Assembly: GCA_963692945.1 (NCBI GenBank)
Contig: OY843585.1
Coordinates: forward strand, 1,410,001-1,442,000
Source of the DNA: Bdellovibrionales bacterium
GTDB lineage: Bacteria > Bdellovibrionota > Bdellovibrionia > Bdellovibrionales > UBA1609
DNA: 32,000 bases
Reading direction: 5' to 3'
Part shown: piece by piece, positions 26,780-32,000 of the stretch
Layout: the number at the start of each line of letters is the position of its first letter
Position numbering within the stretch: the stretch's first letter is position 1
Notes under the pieces: model-generated
Seen by the model: only the letters and a program-made list of their open reading frames with translations
Database searches by the model: none
What the model was told of the DNA's origin: nothing
Program-made: the position numbers and the translations under genes

Positions 26780-28180
26780 CTAGCTGGCTTTCTTACGTTT
26801 ATGAAACGAAGGGATGCCTATGGAATCTCTATACTGAGCAACCGTTCGTCTAGATAGATGAAGGTGGAGATTTTGCGATAATCTTATAACAAGATCCCTA
26901 TCAGATAGAGGTTTTTTTATATCCTCTTGTTCTATCCACTCCTTAATCTGATACTTGATAACAGATATAGAAACGGCTTCCCCCATTGAATTCACAATTC
27001 CTACATTAAAGAAATATTTAAGAGGAATGAGACCTTGAGGAGTATAGACATATTTATTAGAAGTCACTCTACTCACCGTAGAAATATGAACAGAAATATC
27101 TTGTGCAATGTCTTGCAAAATTAAAGGTTTAAGATGTAAAAAACCATGATCCAAAAAATCTTTTTGATATTTCACTAAACTTTCAACAACTTTTCTTATG
27201 GTGTTTCGCCTCTGTAAAACAGAACGGATGAACCAATCTCCCGCTTGTATTTTTTCTTTGATATAATGTTTCATATCTGACTTGTGAGGACTCAATTTAT
27301 TTAACATTTTTTTATAGTGACTATTTATTCGTAAATAAGGAAAATCATCTTCATTTAAAGACACTTTGTATTTGCTTCCTTCTTTATAAATAAAAATATC
27401 AGGGGTTATATACTCTGTAGGTTGAGTAGAAAAGTTTTGAGCAGGGGTAGGCTCCATAGATTGAATGATTTTACAAATGTCTAAAACCTCCTCTACAGAA
27501 ATATTCAAATCAGAAGCTATAGCTTGGTGATTTTTATTTTGCAATTGTTTCAAATGTTTGTTGATTACAAGAACCATATCTTTTGTGTCTTCTTCTAAAT
27601 AACGAGCTTGTATAAGCAAGCACTCTTTAATGTCACGAGCACCTACCCCTAAAGGATCCATATTTTGCAAAACTTTAAGGATAGATTCTAATTTATGTAT
27701 AGATACACTTTCTCTTTGAGCTAGCTCTTCTAAAGAAGATGTTAAATAACCTCTTTCATCTAAATCAAAAATTAAAACGGCTAGGATAGATTTACTCTCT
27801 TCAGAAAGAGAACTGATTTGAGTTTGCCACAATAAATGGTTTTTTAATGTAACAGGTTCTGAAACAAATTCTTCAAAAGTGTTTTCGTTATTTTTTCTTC
27901 CATGAGAAGAGCGATAAGAAGAACCTTTAGATACTTCTGCCCATTCCTGCAAAGATTTAATCTCTGCTTCCACTTTACCTTCACTTGAATCTGATATTAT
28001 CTCTTCTTGCTGATGGCTATCTTCTTCTGTCTGTAAAACAGGATTTTCCAAAAGCTCCTCTTGAATCCTATCCTTCATCTCTTGACAATTAAGAGATAAA
28101 AGTTTGATAGATTGTTGAAGCTGAGTTGTTATAGACAACTTTTGACTTAACTTCAATTGAGCTTTTAACCTAAGGGACAT
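26780..28180 (-). CDS. rpoN: RNA polymerase sigma-54 factor
   Basis: Region I LKLSQKLSITTQLQQSIKLLSLN. Acidic region II. C-terminal HTH and RpoN box SRRTVAQYRDSIGIPS. ATG at 28180 is preferred over the adjacent GTG at 28183. Confidence 0.95.
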   Translation of the reverse strand: MSLRLKAQLKLSQKLSITTQLQQSIKLLSLNCQEMKDRIQEELLENPVLQTEEDSHQQEEIISDSSEGKVEAEIKSLQEWAEVSKGSSYRSSHGRKNNENTFEEFVSEPVTLKNHLLWQTQISSLSEESKSILAVLIFDLDERGYLTSSLEELAQRESVSIHKLESILKVLQNMDPLGVGARDIKECLLIQARYLEEDTKDMVLVINKHLKQLQNKNHQAIASDLNISVEEVLDICKIIQSMEPTPAQNFSTQPTEYITPDIFIYKEGSKYKVSLNEDDFPYLRINSHYKKMLNKLSPHKSDMKHYIKEKIQAGDWFIRSVLQRRNTIRKVVESLVKYQKDFLDHGFLHLKPLILQDIAQDISVHISTVSRVTSNKYVYTPQGLIPLKYFFNVGIVNSMGEAVSISVIKYQIKEWIEQEDIKKPLSDRDLVIRLSQNLHLHLSRRTVAQYRDSIGIPSFHKRKKAS

Positions 28181-28268
28181 CACAAAACCTAATCAGACTT
28201 TTAAAATAACATATTTTTTTAAAACAAAACATAGTAAAACTATAAGCAAATTAAAAACCTAAAAATCT

Positions 28269-28293
28269 AGACTAAATAGTCTTCTTTTTTTTT
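28269..28293. terminator. Weak hairpin plus T/A-run between the M3 peptidase gene and rpoN
   Basis: agact-aaat-agtct (5-bp stem) followed by T10 on the plus strand, and by AGATTTTTAGGTTTTT on the minus strand. Possibly a weak bidirectional terminator downstream of the peptidase gene. Confidence 0.25.
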
Positions 28294-28419
28294 AAAATCC
28301 GATATGCGAACACCAAGTGACGAAATCCGTAACTTTGCTCTCTTGATACATGCTATTTACAATAATTTCTTCTTTCCAACAAAATAGATAACTCTTAAAA
28401 TTATTTTTAACCACCCAAT

Positions 28420-30660
28420 TTATTTAAAATAATAATCAACAAACTCACGAATCAAATCTCTATTTCTAATTGTCCCTTTTTTACTGTATTTTAAATCTTT
28501 TAACTTAAAAGTCTTTTTTTTATAAAGTGATAGAAGTTGCTTTTTTAAGTCTGGGTTATAAATGCCTTTTTGTTTGTTTGTGTATTGATTAAGAAAATAC
28601 ACTGTAAGCAATTCCGTATAAAAATAGCCATTACGGGTTAAAACATCAAACATAGAATCAGGGTTGACCCTTCTTTCTAAAGGATCTTGATACCCAAAAA
28701 CCAAATAGCTTAAAAGTATATTCTGGCTTAAAAGAAACTTTTGTAAAAAAGGAGATAAATCTAATTTGTTTATAAGATCTTTTTCAAAATTCTCAAGGTT
28801 TTTAATCTCTCCTTGAGAATAGAGAGAAGCCAGTAACAAGTTTACATAAGCTCTCTCTAATAATTTTACAGAAAATGGTCTCTCTTTAGATTCTGACATG
28901 AACAAATGAGATGAAAAATTCGTTTGAACATCTTTTTTTGTAAATAAATTCAAAACATCACTTGTAGATACAAGAGTTTCTTGAAGAACAGAGTAAAATT
29001 CTAATTGATCCAAGGACTGCTCCGAACTTGCTATGTCAGAATTTGGGTTTATATAAATTTGTGCAGCATGACCCATTTCATGAAAAAGAGTTTCTATATC
29101 CCTAGCATCTAGATAATCACGACCTTTTTTGAAATGAGTTTTTATAATTGCAATGGACAAGCCATTGTCTGGATACAAACTTAAATCTGCATTAACAGCA
29201 TACTCCTTTTCTGTTATACTAAACAGATCCATAATTAAAATTCCTTTGTATTCACCTTCATGATAGACATCGTAAACTTTTATATCCTCTTTATAGAAAG
29301 GAAATTCATCTTTCTTCTTTTCCTTAAATTGAAGATTAAGTAATTTCTCAAAATGTTTAAATGTAACATCAATAACAGAAGAACTATGTATTCTAATTTT
29401 TAAATTGTTCTGAAAGTAGTTGTGATAATAGTTAATATCCCAAGGCTCAAGTTTTCTAATGTTATGTAGATCTTTAGCTTTAGCTTCTAAAGCAGAAATA
29501 TCTTTTTGTGCCTGATCTTTAATGGCATGTATAAGTTGTTCAAAAAGATTCATGATTCCTTTAGGAGAACCAGCCAATCCATGATTATCTGAAAAACAAT
29601 AACCACTACATTTTGCAAACCCTTGAGATCTTGCTATTTCCTGTGTTTTATTTAAAATATCTTCAGTCATTTTAATCTGCTCATAGAATCTTTCATAGTA
29701 GTGTTTATAAAATTTTTGACGAAAATCACGATTGTGAGCATATATTAAGGGGGAAAGATTACGAGTATTGACATTAATGAAATATCCTTTTTCTTTGCCT
29801 CTATTTCTTCTTAGAGCTTCTTTCCTAGCTGTATCTATCCATAACTCATTCAATCCATCTAAACGATCTTTATTTTTTACATAAAAACTATTTCTTTCTG
29901 TTTGATTCCTTTTCAAGATATTAAAATCAATAATCTTTTTATGAACATTCCCATAAAGTTTTTTAACTTTAGTACTATAACCATTAGAGAAAGAATAAAT
30001 CACATTTCTAATAAAGGTCTTATCATTTTTACTGATTTGACTTTTAGATGCTGTTTTTTTATAGATAAGATCTAACTTCTTCCAAATCTCTTCGTCTCTC
30101 AAAAGATCATAAATATCATTTACAATTTGTAATGTTTCTCGCCTTGATTTTTTTGTATATACAACTTTTGAGTCCAATCTTTCTAAAAGGAATGGCATAA
30201 GCTCAAATAGTTCGTATCCCATTTCCAAGCCGACAGTTATTTTATAAATGCCATTAAATATATCGTCTAGATTCTTGTATTCATCCTTTCTAATAGATGC
30301 ATACTCCCTCTTAACTTCTCGCTTCATGATTTGAAAAAAATCGATGAACTTTTGAGGAGACATATCCTTAAAATTAATATCTGGAGCAAACTTATAGGAG
30401 TCCGAAGACTCAAAAGGATTATGGTAAAAATGGATGAACTTTGGAGGAGACATATCCTTAAAATTAATATCTGGAACAAACTTATAGGAGTCCAAAGACT
30501 CAAAAGGATTATGGTAAATATAGTTATAGACAGGATTATTTATTCCTATAAAAGAAGAAAGACAACGACTAGAGACTCGGGCAGAAAATGGAATAGGAGA
30601 TTCTGTGAAAGCCTGTACAGGAGATAAAAAGAGACAAAGAAGCAAAAAATAAAAATTCAT
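28420..30660 (-). CDS. Secreted M3-family-like zinc metallopeptidase (oligopeptidase-like), 746 aa
   Basis: Signal peptide MNFYFLLLCLFLSPVQA/F. Zinc motif FHEMGHAAQ with a downstream glutamate region LDQLEFYSVLQE (M3 pattern HExxH...E...E). Size is consistent with thimet/oligopeptidase-like enzymes. Sequence looks highly divergent. Confidence 0.8.
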   Translation of the reverse strand: MNFYFLLLCLFLSPVQAFTESPIPFSARVSSRCLSSFIGINNPVYNYIYHNPFESLDSYKFVPDINFKDMSPPKFIHFYHNPFESSDSYKFAPDINFKDMSPQKFIDFFQIMKREVKREYASIRKDEYKNLDDIFNGIYKITVGLEMGYELFELMPFLLERLDSKVVYTKKSRRETLQIVNDIYDLLRDEEIWKKLDLIYKKTASKSQISKNDKTFIRNVIYSFSNGYSTKVKKLYGNVHKKIIDFNILKRNQTERNSFYVKNKDRLDGLNELWIDTARKEALRRNRGKEKGYFINVNTRNLSPLIYAHNRDFRQKFYKHYYERFYEQIKMTEDILNKTQEIARSQGFAKCSGYCFSDNHGLAGSPKGIMNLFEQLIHAIKDQAQKDISALEAKAKDLHNIRKLEPWDINYYHNYFQNNLKIRIHSSSVIDVTFKHFEKLLNLQFKEKKKDEFPFYKEDIKVYDVYHEGEYKGILIMDLFSITEKEYAVNADLSLYPDNGLSIAIIKTHFKKGRDYLDARDIETLFHEMGHAAQIYINPNSDIASSEQSLDQLEFYSVLQETLVSTSDVLNLFTKKDVQTNFSSHLFMSESKERPFSVKLLERAYVNLLLASLYSQGEIKNLENFEKDLINKLDLSPFLQKFLLSQNILLSYLVFGYQDPLERRVNPDSMFDVLTRNGYFYTELLTVYFLNQYTNKQKGIYNPDLKKQLLSLYKKKTFKLKDLKYSKKGTIRNRDLIREFVDYYFK
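30343..30522. repeat. Tandem duplication, 2 x 90 bp, in frame near the N-terminus of the M3 peptidase
   Basis: Units 30343-30432 and 30433-30522 differ at about 5-6 of 90 positions. They encode (Y/H)(I/F)YHNPFES(L/S)DSYKF(V/A)PDINFKDMSP(P/Q)KFI twice (aa 47-106). Confidence 0.9.
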
Positions 30661-31005
30661 TAACTTTTTTTCCTTTTTGATTTAAATAAAAAATTGATAA
30701 TAGTAAGTTTATCCTCTCTCGTTTAGCTAGCTTTAGCTACCACCCTTTTTTATAATCAAAATGAATATTAAGATATAGATAAAATAAAGTTTAACCACGA
30801 AAACCGAGTAAGAAAATTAAAAAGTCTTAATTTTTAATGCTTCTTGTCTAAAAGATTCATACCTATAACTCTTAGCACAAAATCTCTTGAGAGAGCTTGA
30901 TTTACAAGCACAAACTGATTCCCATAGTTCATTTCTTCAGATTTTTTTAATTTATCGTATGGTCTTTTCTCAAACTGAATCGCAGTAAAAAAACTTTGAG
31001 ATAAA

Positions 31006-31554
31006 TTAAAAAATCTTAAAAAGTTGCCTGTCTTTAGAGTCAGGGATCTTATTATTTCCAATAGTAAAAGCTTCAGGAAGCAGCTCTTCCATTGTATAAG
31101 TTTTTTTATACCCCTCTTCTGGAGTGTAAATATGAATCTTTGTATGAGCATTTGCAAACTCTGATAAAATTTGCCTGCAATTCCCACAAGGAGTGCCTAA
31201 AATTTCTTTATCCGCTTTAAATTGAGATTTAAGAACAATAACTATTGATTTTATTTCCTTCTCGCCTCCCACAATCATATTCCCAACAGCATTAGCCTCA
31301 GCACACTGAGTAGATCCATAAGCAGAGTTTTCTACATTACAACCACAATAAACTTTCCCATTGGCTGTTGAAAGAGCAGCTCCTACATAGTAATTAGAAT
31401 AAGGAGCATGGGATTGATTCCGAGCATTAACGGCCTCTTGAAATAAGTGAAAAGCCGGACCCTCATTAAAATTTGGACTACTAAAAACATCTGCACAGTT
31501 CCCAGAAGCAAAAAAAGGAAAAATAAATAATATGGATAATATACTTCTTATCAT
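31006..31554 (-). CDS. cdd: Cytidine deaminase (homotetrameric type) with an N-terminal signal peptide
   Basis: Zinc/catalytic motifs CAEANAV and PCGNCRQ. APYSNYYVGAAL and C-terminal ELLPEAF are typical of small CDAs. An extra N-terminal hydrophobic leader MIRSILSILFIFPFFASG precedes the CDA fold. There is no in-frame Met that would remove it. Confidence 0.88.
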   Translation of the reverse strand: MIRSILSILFIFPFFASGNCADVFSSPNFNEGPAFHLFQEAVNARNQSHAPYSNYYVGAALSTANGKVYCGCNVENSAYGSTQCAEANAVGNMIVGGEKEIKSIVIVLKSQFKADKEILGTPCGNCRQILSEFANAHTKIHIYTPEEGYKKTYTMEELLPEAFTIGNNKIPDSKDRQLFKIF

Positions 31555-31888
31555 AACAGCCCTAACATTTAAAAAAATGTCCCATATTTCTATAATAAAA
31601 TTTGTAAAAAATCAATAATTATTGCAGTTATTACAAAACTACAAAGTCCATTTAGAAAAATAGAGTTAAAAAAAGCCTCCTTTTGAATCCTAAAAGTGAA
31701 ATAATTACAACAAGTGATTTCTAATGAAAAATAGCAAAATAAAATCCTTTTTGTTAGGCTATTCTCCGTTACAATTTATTTAATAGTAAATGGTCTAAAT
31801 ATTATTTTTTTAAAGAGCCACTATAGATAAAAACAATTTTTTATTGTATATTTAAAACTAGAACATAACTTTTCAGATTTGAATAACA

Positions 31889-32000
31889 ATGCTGTTAAAA
31901 ATAAAATTACTGTCCTATCTCTTTTTGCTTTCTAGCTTAACCTGTTTTACATCTTGTTTTCATTCTAGCTGGCAAAACGCTTCACGAGATACTACAGGGA
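31889..32000 (+). CDS. 3'-truncated ORF, probable lipoprotein or secreted protein
   Basis: ATG at 31889 is open to the window end: MLLKIKLLSYLFLLSSLTCFTSCFHSSWQNASRDTTG. Signal-peptide-like with Cys candidates for a lipobox. Only 37 codons are visible and no clear SD was seen. Confidence 0.4.
   Translation, partial: MLLKIKLLSYLFLLSSLTCFTSCFHSSWQNASRDTTG

Noticed and set aside
28300-28385. 27-codon plus-strand ORF (MRTPSDEIRNFALLIHAIYNNFFFPTK) in the peptidase-rpoN spacer.
   Set aside because: It is too short, has no SD, and lies opposite to the surrounding transcription. It is indistinguishable from chance in AT-rich DNA.
30331-30627. 98-aa plus-strand ORF antisense to the M3 peptidase duplication.
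   Set aside because: It is kept open only because the 90-bp duplication repeats a stop-free antisense frame. It is embedded in a confident gene.
30834-31187. 117-aa minus-strand ORF overlapping the cdd 3' half and extending into the 345-bp intergenic region.
   Set aside because: It is out of frame with a confident cdd gene and has no SD or recognisable fold. The intergenic tail alone would give only a ~32-aa peptide with a weak start.
31555-31888. A 334-bp AT-rich non-coding stretch containing an AAGGAGG-like motif (minus strand, about 31676-31682) and a small palindrome, acatttaaaaaaatgt.
   Set aside because: No start codon follows the SD-like motif at a usable distance. The palindrome is short and all A/T. 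The region is probably just divergent promoters for cdd and the 31889 ORF.

Overview
AT-rich (about 30% GC by eye) bacterial chromosomal window, almost fully coding. No rRNA, tRNA, CRISPR array, transposase or integrase was recognised. The plus strand carries a 5'-truncated ppdK, then smc and a small secreted K/E-rich ORF. After a short patch of unknown genes (6.2-7.7 kb), positions 7715 to 31554 form one continuous minus-strand block. In transcription order it reads: signal-peptide cytidine deaminase, secreted M3-like metallopeptidase, rpoN, metK, small RHH protein, lepA, lepB, pyrB, carA, carB, ABC ATPase, ABC-2 permease, pilD, pilM, pilN, pilO, pilP, pilQ and an orphan lipoprotein. The order ABC pair, pilD, pilMNOPQ resembles the Myxococcus xanthus pil locus (pilH/pilI-pilD...pilMNOPQ). 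Together with the low GC and the secreted hydrolases, this suggests a Bdellovibrionota/Oligoflexia-like organism; that is inference only. I did not find a clearly novel multi-gene system such as a defence island. The most unusual items are listed below.
- A ten-copy 48-bp in-frame tandem repeat inside pilP.
- A long poly-acidic N-terminal region in PilQ.
- A 26-bp duplication of the pilQ stop region at the start of the downstream, higher-GC lipoprotein gene.
- carB joined by a 2-nt gap to a pilus-linked ABC transporter.
- A cytidine deaminase with a signal peptide.
- A secreted M3 peptidase with a 2 x 90 bp tandem duplication.
- An orphan RHH gene with a palindromic operator-like site and an apparently leaderless start.
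All family assignments rest on motifs read by eye; no searches were run.
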